DNA of 63,432 bases, the filler included, from Rhabdomonas costata (lineage: Eukaryota): assembly GCA_019059605.1 (NCBI GenBank). It is 43 parts of 43 records of this genome, joined end to end, with 100 filler letters (N's around TTAATTAATTAA, not from the genome) between each part and the next. Parts side by side here need not be neighbours in the genome. Positions count along the whole stretch, not along the records: positions 1 to 1,378 come from JAHMHO010017715.1; positions 1,479 to 2,856 come from JAHMHO010017716.1; positions 2,957 to 4,330 come from JAHMHO010017717.1; positions 4,431 to 5,808 come from JAHMHO010017718.1; positions 5,909 to 7,285 come from JAHMHO010017719.1; positions 7,386 to 8,763 come from JAHMHO010017720.1; positions 8,864 to 10,241 come from JAHMHO010017721.1; positions 10,342 to 11,719 come from JAHMHO010017722.1; 35 more parts are not named here. The stretch is one strand, 5' to 3'. The notes beneath the pieces were generated by a model. The model saw nothing but the letters and a program-made list of their open reading frames with translations. It made no database searches and was not told the DNA's origin. Numbering within the stretch: position 1 is the stretch's first letter; each line of letters starts with the position of its first letter. The position numbers were made by a program, and so were the translations under genes. Below are positions 1 through 11,680 of this stretch, piece by piece.

Positions 1-5
1 TGTTT

Positions 6-825
6 GTGTTGTCACGCCTGAAGCAAGGCACGCATGAACCTCAGATTTCGCAATATGAGGAGGCCTGGAGGATTCTGAGACAGCAGCTGGGTGACGTGGC
101 CCACTCCCCATTCATGGATGACTCTTCCTCGGAGAAAGACGAGAGCGAGGATGGGGACGATGAAGAGCAAGAAGAGCTTGCCCTGGCGATCGCCATGAGC
201 TTATCGGAGCATTCTGGAAAGAATGAAGACCCCAGTACGGGCACCGCGAAAACCAGTCGTCAGAGGGATGTGCCTCCAGGGAAACATGACGACCACGGGA
301 ACGAGACCGAACAGACGTGCAGGCTTGTGGTGTGTCCCATGGGCTGCGGAAAAATTGGCACGGTGAGTGAGATCTCCGCCCACGTGGACGAATGTGGGGT
401 CCAAGAGGTAGGTTATGCGTACAAGTTATACCGTGAAGCGTTGTCATAATTGTAGCAGCACTCGCACCTTCAACTCAGCATTGGAATATAGACGAGGCAT
501 GTGTGGATCGTTCCTCTTTTCTACCGACCGGGTAGTATGCAGCGTTGGGGTTCATGGCCTTACTTAGCGCACGCATTGGTTTATTCTGTCATCGGATGTT
601 GACACAAGTTGTTTGTCGCCCTTTCGTTTATGGTCTTTTGGTTCAAAGTGGAGTGCGCTTTGCGAGTTGTTCCTTGTGCCCTTCCCAAAAATTCCGATTT
701 GTTTGTTTTCTCAGAACGGTACGAGCGTCGTGGGTGACGCATTCTCTGATCCCGAAGCCGTAGCTGCCACTTTGCGCTCCCTGGAGAACTTGGGACCCTA
801 CGAGGAGCCGTGCTTGATCTCATAG
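6..825 (+). CDS. 3' part of a protein with a UIM, a TRAF-type Zn finger and a C-terminal CaaX box (exons <6-407, 715-825)
   Basis: EEQEELALAIAMSLSE (UIM); CRLVVCPMGCG...HVDEC (TRAF-like finger); phase-0 intron 408-714 (GTAGGT...TTCTCAG) joins GVQE to NGTSVV...EEPCLIS-stop. Confidence 0.75.
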
Positions 826-1378
826 CTCGCCCAAGCGGCTGCCCTCATTATCATCTTGAAACTAGGTGAAAAGCAATGCAGCAGTGGGTCAGTGGTACGT
901 TGTGGCTGATGGGCAGAACGTACCTGTCTGCATTGCATGTGCATCAAGAGTGAAGGGAAATCGAATGGTGTCCTGTGGACAGCCCGAGACCTAGTGTTCT
1001 GTGTCTGTGTTGATTCGTGGGTGCAGGTGCTCTTGAGTTCACATCAACTTGCGGAGCTTGCCTTCGGCCTTCCCATCGGACGAAGGCGTTTCCCCTACTA
1101 TACAGTGCTATTTTGCATATTTGGACAGAGCTCGATTTGAAAAGGTTCCCGGGTGATCAATTTGATATCTCTTTCTATAGTTTCTCTCACCCAAATGTCG
1201 ATGTTTAATGTTGTTGGTGGGCAGGAGGGAATCTGTTCTGAAAAAGGAGGGTTGGCCAACAGGTTTTATTTTCCGTTACAATGGAGTCATGAGCACTTGT
1301 GTCATGGACGCAATGTCGTGGGTAGTCAAAACTCCGTTTGTTGTGATCGTGTTTGGTTATATATTTGGCTAAACCCTG

Positions 1379-1478
1379 NNNNNNNNNNNNNNNNNNNNNN
1401 NNNNNNNNNNNNNNNNNNNNNNTTAATTAATTAANNNNNNNNNNNNNNNNNNNNNNNNNNNNNNNNNNNNNNNNNNNN
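1379..1478. other. Artificial contig linker N44-TTAATTAATTAA-N44 (first of 42 copies, roughly every 1477 nt; last at 61956-62055)
   Basis: Identical 100-nt block recurs 42 times; TTAATTAATTAA gives stops in all six frames; intervening contigs are all about 1374-1380 nt, as in a length-sorted concatenation. Confidence 0.99.
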
Positions 1479-1959
1479 TTTTTTGGGGGCCTTGCTTTTC
1501 CCGACTCCTCTGGGGATTTGCCATGTCCTGGCAGCCTCCTCGGATTCTGTGTGTCTTTTTTCCACTTTTCGGGAACGTGCTGGTGTTTTTGTTTTGCCAA
1601 CATTGGCGCAAGCGTTGCTTTCTTGTGAGGTGGGCGCATGCGCTTTTCACACAGGATGGCCCCAACGACCAGAAATGCTGAGAAGAGGGAAGTTAGAAGA
1701 TCAGTTTTGGTCTCTGTTTTTATTTAGGCGGTGTCTTACTCCTTGTGCCGTATTTTCCCTCTCACTCTGAGATGATGCATAGAGTGTAGGTACGTATGTG
1801 TGTGTTCGGGGTGTTTTGTACACGATGTATTTTGGAGGTATGCTTTCGTCACTAAGTGAGAGAGTGAGAGAGGTGAGGAGTGCGGGAGGTCAATGGAGAA
1901 ATCCTTGGGCTGGGGTCCCCTCCACCGTTGGTTCCATAGGCTTTCGAACCGATGACCGG

Positions 1960-2589
1960 CCTCATACTGCTTTTGTTGGTGGCTGCCTCAGGTGTGTTTC
2001 CCCAACCTTTTACAACCGAAAGTTGAAACACTCCTTGTAATGCGCTGTGCGCTACCAAAAACATGCATGGGTCCATTGTAACGCGATCGCAAAGTGCATA
2101 GCGGGTAAAGTTCGGTGAGGTATGGCGGCCGCGCAAGATTGTTGCCACAAGTTTCTCCGTCTGCTATGAACTGGCGGTTCACTTCGAGCATCCAAGAAAT
2201 GACTTGCCTCACACTTTGACTGATTCTGGCCCTACGCACGTGTGCCAGCAACCACTTGTATCTCACTCTGTGTGTGTGCTCGTGTGAAAAAGAAAGACCT
2301 CCAGCACCCAGACCTCCATGCCTTTGCGCATTTAGGGAGTAAATGCAATGCACTTGGCTATGAAAAACCGGTCGTGGCCAGTTGTTCCTATTGTGGTTCA
2401 GGGCGTTTTGCGGAGTGCTGCTGTTTTTATGAAGTCCTGCTCTGTCATCGACACTTGAACAGCAGCACAAAAGATTTCATATGATTTCCCTCATGACTTT
2501 TCAAAACTTTTCAAATTTAAGTCGACGAGTTTAAGACAGATTAGCGAAAAAAAAACTGGCCTTAGCCTATCGTTATTCAAGGCACCCTG
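1960..2589 (+). mobile_element. Possible decayed Tc1/mariner-superfamily DNA transposon 3' end
   Basis: Broken reading frames ending in Cys/His-rich KCNALG..SCSYCG..CCCF..LCHRH, then ...TTCAAGGCACCCTG (reverse complement CAGGGTG, a common Tc1/mariner TIR start); no TA target site or second TIR seen. Confidence 0.3.
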
Positions 2590-3181
2590 CGCACACACAA
2601 GTGGGGGGGGGGCGTGCACCGCTGTGGGGCAATGCAAGCATCCCATGCCCCAATATGACGCACCCCCACCTCACAGAGTGTGCGCAGGCCTGTGTCCTAT
2701 AGGCCACCTGTGGGCATACCATATAGGGACGTAGCAGTAGATGGTGCCAAAACGGGTGGTGTGTGGATGGGTTTTTGAAAGGTTGCTTGTGGGTGATGGG
2801 GGTCCCCTCTGGGCGTTTTTCCGTCTCGAGGCCCGGAACGGAAACTTTTCAACAACNNNNNNNNNNNNNNNNNNNNNNNNNNNNNNNNNNNNNNNNNNNN
2901 TTAATTAATTAANNNNNNNNNNNNNNNNNNNNNNNNNNNNNNNNNNNNNNNNNNNNCTCCGGCGCAATGAGCCGAATATTTAGTGAGACTTCACTCTTGT
3001 TGGTAGCAGTATACCTTGAAATAAAACAATGAAACAGTGAAAGAAGGCCAGCCCTTCAGGATGTATGCTCTTTTGTGCTCTCTTGTGGGGTTACATTTTA
3101 TACCATTTTGAATTATATAGAGTCCGAATACACTAATCTTGCGTGAATCGCGGGCGGTGTGGGGGAGGGGGAGGAATTGAC

Positions 3182-3513
3182 CTTGATCTTGCGCATCTGG
3201 TCCAGGTCAAATTCGAACCGCTTCAGGGCAACAATCAGGGTGTTGGGGAGGTCCTTCACGCACGTCCGCTTCAGCGCGTCCACCAGTACCCCGCACTTCT
3301 CACAGCGATACTGGTTGGCACCGTCCAGTACCTCACCCTTCACGAACAACTCCAGGCTCTCCTGGAGGCTGCGCTTGTGCTTCACCACTGCCTGAAGGCA
3401 GGCGATGTGCTCGACCACCTCACTGGTGTGGGTGCACCCCCCGGACTTTCCGATCACCTGGTTCGACATGGTGCCCCCAAAGAAGTGCTTCAGGATGTTC
3501 TTTTGTGGAGTTC
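3182..3513 (-). CDS. Internal exon of a USP (peptidase C19) deubiquitinase, USP9/24/34-like
   Basis: SLQESLELFVKGEVLDGANQYRCEKCGVLVDALKRTCVKDLPNTLIVALKRFEFD; TTCACAG acceptor and GT donor after KIK. Confidence 0.9.
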
Positions 3514-4480
3514 CTGTGAAGAACACACCACATATCTTACATCTTACGCATGGCATATCATGTACACCCATATAATAATACAGCCCTGATATGTCATTTG
3601 TTTATTTTTATTTAATAATTTCACTGCCCAGAGTTAAATGGGACACCTGGTGCATTGACGCGCAAGCCCCATTGCATATTGCAGACTCCAGCGAAAATTC
3701 AAAGAACACGAAGGGGAGACTGGCTACACATTTCTCAAATCATTCCTGCAGTGATTACCGTTGGTAATTGTAACTATAATTCACAGCTTCCTCCCCAAGT
3801 ATCGTTCAGTCCGCTTCAGCGCACGAGGCAAAGGTAACCTGCGGAGTGGCCGGAGGGGCGGCTGAAACAGGCTCTGAGGGCAGAGATGCCCCTAAACCGC
3901 TCGCGCAAGTACCTCCTCTCAAGTAGTATCCTCCTCTCAATCCTCATTTCTTATCAGGTGCAAACGATTTTTTTTTCAGGCAATTCATCGCGAGATCCCC
4001 CCAATTGAAAACGTGGGCTCTGCAGACACCGGTGCAGTTTGGTATTCGAACCGAACAGAACCCATGCCTGACCTTTCGCGGCACATCCCCTTGCTCTTGG
4101 TTGTGATGTCGTGGAGGCTCGGCACGCTCCTGCGCATGTACCGAGTCAGGACCTTCTAAGGACTTCCGGTGAGCAGCGAAATCATGCCCTCCGGTGTGAT
4201 CTTCAGTACGCCTCGGAGACGTTCTGGCGGAACCAGTACCCAGCGAATGAAGCAGCTCTCTCTGGCACAAAAACAAAAGTTTCACAACCAATGCACCTTC
4301 CAGAGCAGAAGGGCACTCTACCCCCACCCCNNNNNNNNNNNNNNNNNNNNNNNNNNNNNNNNNNNNNNNNNNNNTTAATTAATTAANNNNNNNNNNNNNN
4401 NNNNNNNNNNNNNNNNNNNNNNNNNNNNNNGGGGTGTTGGCCTACAGGATGTCCCCATCGTCTTCGTCGATGGGGATGAC

Positions 4481-4596
4481 CTCTCTCTCTCTCTCTCTCT
4501 CGATCTGGACCTCTCTCGCGATCTGGATTTCTTTTTCTTTTTTTTCTTTTCTTTTCTTTTTCTTTTTTTTTCTTTTTCTTTTTCTTTTTCTTTTTC
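4481..4596. repeat. (CT)10 and (TTTTTC)n low-complexity tract
   Basis: Directly visible. Confidence 0.9.
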
Positions 4597-5924
4597 CAAC
4601 AGGGAGAAAAGGATGCATGCCCTGCTCGCGGTATTCAGTCACCAGGATCTCGTGAATCTGTCGTGCCACGGTGTCCTCCTCCGGGGCCACGTCCACACAG
4701 CGGAAGGGCACGTGCGAGTCACTGCATGAAGAGAACGAACTGCATGACGAGACAGGAAGAGGGACTGGGACACAGTGAGAGACGGCCACAGGAGGAGGCT
4801 CCAACCGCATATAGTCTCAAAAGCGATGGGTTTTCACCTCTCTTGGACCGGTTACTCCCAAACCGTGAAATTCTGCCCCACATTACCGGTGGTGAAAGGA
4901 AACCCCACCAAACCAATAACCTCCTTTCACAACCGAACGAATTGCTCCGCGCTTAAGCATTCTCACATCCCCAATCTGCGCCTGCTTTTGGCATCTCTGA
5001 GATAGAAAATCGCATTCTTAATCGCTTTTAATCGAAAAATACCCACACCTTCAGATGTCGTTAGTTGCCAGTTCGGTGTCATTCCTTCCTTAAGACACCA
5101 TTTACGGGATTTTGAAATCAAACACCTGGAGACGCGCCACAGGCATATCCTGGTACAAAGCAACTCGAGTACCCTTCGGTTCAGAGGGACTGGCTGTTTC
5201 TGACCAGCCGGATGGAGGGAGGTGGGTGGAGGCACCGAGTGAGAGAGAGTACCTGTAAAACCTCCGCAGGTCGCGCTCTCTCAAGAGGTACGACCACAGC
5301 CTTCGCTGGATAGCATGAAGCTGGCAGTCCTCGGCACGCTGGCCCTGAGGCGTGCTGCGGCGGGCAATCCGAGCAGCCACCTCGACCAGGTCATCGTGGG
5401 ACAACAGTAGCACACACCCAACCTGTGGATTTGCCGCACTGCATATCCAAACAGCCTGCATGGGTTGCTACTGTTTCCTGCCGTGGCCCGTCTTGACTTT
5501 CTTTCCCTATTGGAACTGCGTTTCTTTCTTGATGCAAGCCTGTCCAAGATACGTGCCCATTCATGTGCGTCTTCAGTAAATCACACAGCCCTGGTGACTG
5601 ATTTCGATCTTTTCTGTGTTTCGTGTTCCGCGCCGCCGACACTGGGAACTGACATTGGACCTTGTGCGATGGTGTCGTGTGTCAACCTGTGCTTTTTCGT
5701 GGCAGGCATGCACGCGCTTCCATGGAGCTGGGTATTGCGGTGCATGACCGCGGTCTGGTGGTAGAAACATGCGCATAAACCTGTTGCTAACCATGTGGAA
5801 AGTTTACANNNNNNNNNNNNNNNNNNNNNNNNNNNNNNNNNNNNNNNNNNNNTTAATTAATTAANNNNNNNNNNNNNNNNNNNNNNNNNNNNNNNNNNNN
5901 NNNNNNNNGTTTTTTGTTTCGCAG

Positions 5925-6983
5925 CACCGGCGGCTGTTTGCGTTGGTGGAGAGCCTGCGGCTGTCGTTTGTGCTGCGCAAGGCGGACGCATTTGTGATGA
6001 AGACCCTGAAGGGGGTGCTGTCGTATTGCGCGGAGCACTTCGAGTCTGAGGAGCTGGTGTGGGGTTTCACCTGAAATTCAACCCATCTTTTTGCATACAA
6101 CGGGCACGGCCACTTTGCTCAGTGTGCAGTGTGGGCCTGTATCAGACCGAAGGGCTCGCTGGCGCTTCTGCTTGCACGTGGTGAATGGCGCCCAATTGCG
6201 ATGCTTTCAAAAGGACTGCGGTATTCTATGTGTTTTGTGTTCAAAATTTCGACCTAGAGGCCGCGCTTGCGCTCCTCCACCCTGACGGACCTCATGCTGT
6301 TCAACTCTTTTGTGCTCGTACACAGCTGATGCAGGTCGTGGGGTACCCCTCCTTCCGCTCCCACGTGGCGCAGCACCGCAAGTTCGCTGCGGCCGCTCAT
6401 GGCTACGTCGCCCGGTTTGAGCGCGGCGAGCTCAGCCCCGAGGAGCTCTTCAAAGTCCTCTTGGATGTATGTCTTGCTGGTTTTGCTCGTTCGTTCGTTT
6501 GCATGCGACACGAAGAGCACGTTCCCTTTCCGTTGATTAGCTGTCGCCTGTTATTACTCATTCATTTGACCCGCTGTGGATTCTTTGTCGTCTGTATGGT
6601 GACTACCAGTCGCCTTTTGATACCTCTTCGTTGCCGGTTACATTCTTGCTAACTCCGAAAAGCCACCTCACGTCATATGTGGTCCACTTTCTGGAGTACT
6701 TTCTCATCTTCTTGGTCGGTGCCTTTCCCGTGGCAGACGCGAGCGAGTACAAGGTTGGTTGTTTTCCTGCCATGCACCAATATATCCATACATCGGGTCC
6801 GCAATTCGACAACCGTCTCTCTTCCGCAGTGGCTGGTGAGTCACGTGATGATGGTGGACGTCACGATCGCGCAGTACTGCGCGCGGTCTGCAGTGGACGT
6901 GGCGTCGATTGTCACGGTGTACGACCTGGTGAAGGCCCTGGAGCGGGGCACAAGCACTGGCCGCAAGTGCAACTTGCCCCCTG
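5925..6983 (+). CDS. Hemerythrin-domain protein (exons 5925-6056, 6326-6466, 6830-6983)
   Basis: Spliced peptide HRRLF...HFESEEL|LMQVVGYPSFRSHVAQHRKF...LLD|WLVSHVMMVD has the full H, HxxxE, HxxxH, HxxxxD di-iron ligand set; both introns are phase-0 GT-AG. Confidence 0.9.
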
Positions 6984-8565
6984 GTGTGTCTCGATTCGTG
7001 TTTTTTCTGTGTTTCTTAGCCGCTGAACCAGTTTCCGATTGGCGACTGATACATTTTTTGTGCTCGCGAAGTGTGGCCGCAAGTCTGTAGGTAACCTGAA
7101 CCTGTCACGTTTGGATGCACAGGTTTTGCGCACGGACATGGATGCAATCGAGTGGCGGTTTCGTATTGATGTATTGATGTTTATGTTTCGTATTTATGTT
7201 TCGTCTGATGAGCACGCATTCCTGTTTCTTTATATCCCTGCCACAGACATTTCATTGTGCTCTGCCCTCTTGCTCGGATTTTCGGNNNNNNNNNNNNNNN
7301 NNNNNNNNNNNNNNNNNNNNNNNNNNNNNTTAATTAATTAANNNNNNNNNNNNNNNNNNNNNNNNNNNNNNNNNNNNNNNNNNNNCCCGTAAACTCATAA
7401 CTACAGGGCTGTGTTTTAACTCTATTTTTACAGGAATTCTCAACAAACATCCGGTTAAAAATGTGACTCACGTTTGCTTGAAACAGTAAATGTAATCAAG
7501 GAATCACCCGTAGACATTGCGCAGTACTTTATTTGCAGCATCGCATATATAACTGCATTTTAGACTCTATGTGAAGCAAAATGTCAGGGTCCATTACGTA
7601 ACATGTCATCAGACAACGGCATTTTCTACAGGTCGAAAAGACTTTGAATTGAAAACCGTCACATACAATTGTCTGAGGTTTTGTGGTAACCGTATTGTGA
7701 AGCTGTGTAAGTCAACTGTTTACCGCTTCACAGGAGTAAATCCAACAGCAAGTGTAACATGAAACAAACCAACAACGCGCATAAACCGCTACAAATTGAA
7801 ATATTAGTAAACGTTTACAACAGTATGGTGTAACGCTTTAGCTACACCACACATACATTGCAAACAGATACCAGCGTTGTTTTTTTGTGCTTTTCAATTC
7901 ACAATAACTTGTTTTGTGTTGTTTTTAGGCACATGTTACAACTATTACAACTACCTTACTCTGCCCTAAGCGAGCACCGAAATGTACTGTAGCAATCTTA
8001 TCACTATGTCGTTTTAGAGTCTTTAGACTGCGAGATAAAAACGCGTGGTGTTCACAAGAATAGATGCGGTTGGCAATTGTGCAGAATTTACAACAAAAAG
8101 TGGTGAGTATGCCATGAATGTGACGCGGTTATGTTTGGCGCATTGAAAGTGCGTGTTTAGCGTTTTATTGCATGTGTGGTGTGCAGCTCTACGCCTGGAA
8201 TAGCGAAAGAATAACGGCAAAAGTCTTGATTAAGTGTAATCTTTCGATAGCTGGCAAAAAGACATGGGTAGGGAGAAATTCTGCGTGTTGGAGTCATTAC
8301 TGGTGTTATAACGGAAGAGTGCCCACGTGTGCTTTTTGTATGAATCTGTGCAAGTGGGTCAACTCTGGCCAAAACAAATGACATGCCAACTGAAGGTCTG
8401 TTGATACTTGTTCAGTCTCTGTATGGTGTAATGCTGTATTCGCTGTTTTCCGCATTCTCTGCGAGTAATTGAATACAGATTAGTTGTTGTCTTCTATGCT
8501 ACCTGTAACTCTACTGTTATGACGTGATTGGAAACGTCACAGTATATTGCGGTATGTCGGGTCAG

Positions 8566-8760
8566 TGTGTGAAATATCGCTTTAGTTTTTAAATAGACGT
8601 TGTTCACCAGATGTGTCGGAATGAAAAATGCCTCGTTGACATTGTTAAGCATATACATGGTGATTATTGTTGGATGCTCAACAATGTCAACGAGGCATTT
8701 TTCATTCCGACACATCTGGTGAACAACGTCTATTTAAAAACTAAAGCGATATTCCACACA
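8566..8760. repeat. Fold-back inverted repeat at contig end (87-bp arms, 21-nt loop)
   Basis: 8566-8652 is the near-perfect reverse complement of 8674-8760. Confidence 0.97.
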
Positions 8761-9218
8761 CAANNNNNNNNNNNNNNNNNNNNNNNNNNNNNNNNNNNNN
8801 NNNNNNNTTAATTAATTAANNNNNNNNNNNNNNNNNNNNNNNNNNNNNNNNNNNNNNNNNNNNTGTGTGGAGCTGGAAACATACCACCTGAGGTTGAAAA
8901 GAGCATTCTGCTCCACAGTATCTTGGGAGGCCATCTATGTTTGCAGTACGTGTTTCGGCGTGCTGTCAGATACAGGCTCCCTTTTTCCTGGACCATTGGG
9001 GGCGACAGCGACTGCAGAAGTTTTTGACATATCGTTTAGAATGCAAGTGTTATGTCTCCAGCTCTACGCAGCACTACACAACCCTGGAACAACGCTTTGT
9101 CAAGTGAGGATGTGTAAATTTCAGAACACATCGCTGAGACGCAGACCTGTTTCTGTCGCTTTTTCGCCAAGTGGAGTGAGTTGCACGGGGTGCTCTGGAT
9201 ACGCGTACGCACACAAAG

Positions 9219-9385
9219 GCTTTTGTGGGTCCCCATGGACGCTGTTTGTGTACATGGCTGAGGGTAAGTCCTCGCGACTGTACGCCGAGGCCAAGAAGTG
9301 GCTGTACGCGCTCCCCGCCGCCGCTCACGAGGTGCTGTCGCTGCTGACAGAGATGTGTGCCCGCTTCCTGATTCGCCAGATCCAG
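9219..9385 (+). CDS. hemE: Internal exon of uroporphyrinogen decarboxylase
   Basis: GFCGSPWTLFVYMAEGKSSRLYAEAKKWLY...HEVLSLLTEMCARFLIRQIQ matches the UROD GFxGxPWTLxxYxxEG motif; AAAG acceptor, GT donor. Confidence 0.9.
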
Positions 9386-9582
9386 GTCCTTCACACGCAT
9401 GCACACACGCACACACAATGGGTGCGATTTTTTTTGATGATTCATTTGTCTTCACTTCCAGAGTGTATCCCTTATCCGACTCGTCAGGAAAACCTTTTGC
9501 GGCACCGCTATTGAGGGCTATCTGGCGGGGTGAGGTTCTGATCCTGAAGGGCGTAGAGTGGGTGCAGCCGCATTTTTATGTT

Positions 9583-9608
9583 GATGGGATGGGATGGGAT
9601 GGGATGGG
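9583..9608. repeat. (GGGAT)n microsatellite
   Basis: Directly visible. Confidence 0.9.
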
Positions 9609-11006
9609 TTGAGTTCCTTGCACCACGGGGCTCGCACCAATTTCTTCCTTTCTCCTTCCTCTATAAAGCGCTTGTTTGAGCAGCAGTTATCATTTACTTG
9701 CTTCACTTCCTGTGTGCCGCCTGAGGTTTTACTTCTTACATTCACCTGAAAAGGTTTCTTTACCCGACTCTTCCGAACTACCGTCACCGCGGCTTTGCAC
9801 ATCGCCGCAACTGTTCACTGCCTTGGCGGATCAGAGCACCGAGAGCCACCAGGTGAACAAACTTCCCAGCCCTGTGGCTTCCACCCCAGATCCACGGTTC
9901 TCAACTTTTGAGCCTCAGGTTTATCTGCTGCTGTCTGAGCCTTTGTTGTTTCAGTATAGAGTTTAGAACAGCTGCGAGAAAAGTGAAGGCTAACCAGCGG
10001 GTCAGCGCCAGGCGTTTTGTACGCAATTCACTTAACCGCTTCCGATGCTTATTTTTACAGCAGCCGGCACTTCCACCGAATCCAAGGTTATTCTTTGTGG
10101 TTCCAAATCCCGGTCCCACGGTTCGGAGACATTTTCGGAGCAGTTTTGAAACAGCTGCCATACCTACTCCTTGTCAACACCCCAACCCTCACTTCAGTCT
10201 CAACTCAGACTGTCCCCAAACAACCAACCACACCCACCACANNNNNNNNNNNNNNNNNNNNNNNNNNNNNNNNNNNNNNNNNNNNTTAATTAATTAANNN
10301 NNNNNNNNNNNNNNNNNNNNNNNNNNNNNNNNNNNNNNNNNGTTTTTGGTGACGTGACAGCACCTCTGTTGCTGAGATGGCGCGTACTCTTGGAGCACAC
10401 ATAGAAGATCGCTCACATGTTCTGCTACTTGCAATCGTCTCAAGAATGCGGTCCACAAAATGATGTCAGGAAATTTTTCAGGGAGTCAGGATGTCAGGGA
10501 GTGAATCGCATCACTGCAACACTTATACGGGTTTTTATATGCAAAACTGGAATGAGGTCCCGTCCATCCCGGTGGCAGACTCTCAAATTACCCATTGTTG
10601 TGCAGAGTTGAAACTTGGCTGATAGCCTGGGGTTGGGTGTTACTCACAGTTTCTTTTTCGGGAAGAAAGTCTCCCCCCAAATCAGAAAACACGTCGATTT
10701 CGGTTCGGTGTCGTCGAGCAAGCAAACGTAAATCACAGAGAAATAAGGAGACACATATTTTGGCCTGTTGTGAAGCGACCATGCATCCCACGGCTCCACC
10801 ACTACAGTGCTATCCATCGTGTGAGCACCCATAGGCTCCGTGTGTGCGTGCGAGCGCGCGCCCGCGATGGGTATCTCTTTTCCATCTTTGCATTCGCATC
10901 TGGTTCCATCCATCCTCTCATTCTTTCCTCGAATCACAGTTACGCTGGTGGTCAGAACGATCAGTTGTATGGCAGTGCCTGTGCGTGTGGTGAGGGGATG
11001 GGAGGG

Positions 11007-11680
11007 TTAGGACCACACCTCGTGCTCGAGCCGGGCCAACACCTCTGAAGTGGCGTGGCCCCGCCGCACCCGCCTCTCAAAGGCGGGGTAGTCCCTCTGG
11101 TACTGCACTGCAATCGGGGGAATCTTTGGGGTCGTCAGGGGAGAAGGCAAAGGGCATCCAAGAAGGCCGCATACACAGACCATGGTAGAAGCGGTGAGTG
11201 TGTAAGGTGGCGCTTTCTCACGTTGAATCCACCGCTATCAGGTCATAACAGGTCCGGAGCATGCACATATTCACACGAGTTCTCATGTCGAGGTCGACAT
11301 CAACATGTCAATGTCTGCTGAGGAAAAGCCACGAAATCGACCTACCTTCTTTCCTTGACTTCCCTTGACGGAAACTCTTGAATGATGTCACGTCATCTCC
11401 ATCACTTCCGAGCCCGTGACATCTCAACCAGCCAGCTAACAAAAACTGCACCAAAACCGATGGAGTGGAGGAAAAAACTCGCGGGAGACGAACGAGGAAG
11501 AGGAGTGAGGGGGCGGGGAACCAGGGGATCTTCGACATCGGGTGTGACGAGCAGCTCCCGGACCTTGCGCAGGACGTCGCCGATGGTGAAGTCGGGGTGC
11601 CACTCCTGGTGCAGGATGCCGATGTTGTGCGAGCCGCTGGAGTTGATGTTGGGATGGTAGAAGTTCCTCTGGAAGTGAAC
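11007..11680 (-). CDS. Ubiquitin-conjugating (UBC-fold) enzyme variant lacking the catalytic Cys (exons 11680-11522 and 11123 to about 11019/11007)
   Basis: VHFQRNFYHPNINSSGSHNIGILHQEWHPDFTIGDVLRKVRELLVTPDVEDPL|IPPIAVQYQRDYPAFERRVR is colinear with UBE2D-type YHPNINSNGSICLDIL..W; GT-AG intron 11521-11124; frame not listed in the ORF track. Confidence 0.88.

Noticed and set aside
1153-1434. ORFs ending in X...LIN or X...N here and at other linkers
   Set aside because: They are translations running through Ns into the linker
11505-11525. Apparent non-GT exon end after DPLVP in the E2 variant (similarly KVN in the USP exon)
   Set aside because: The next exon begins IPPIA, so the donor is the ordinary CTG|GT at 11521; the USP exon also has a usable GT at 3181
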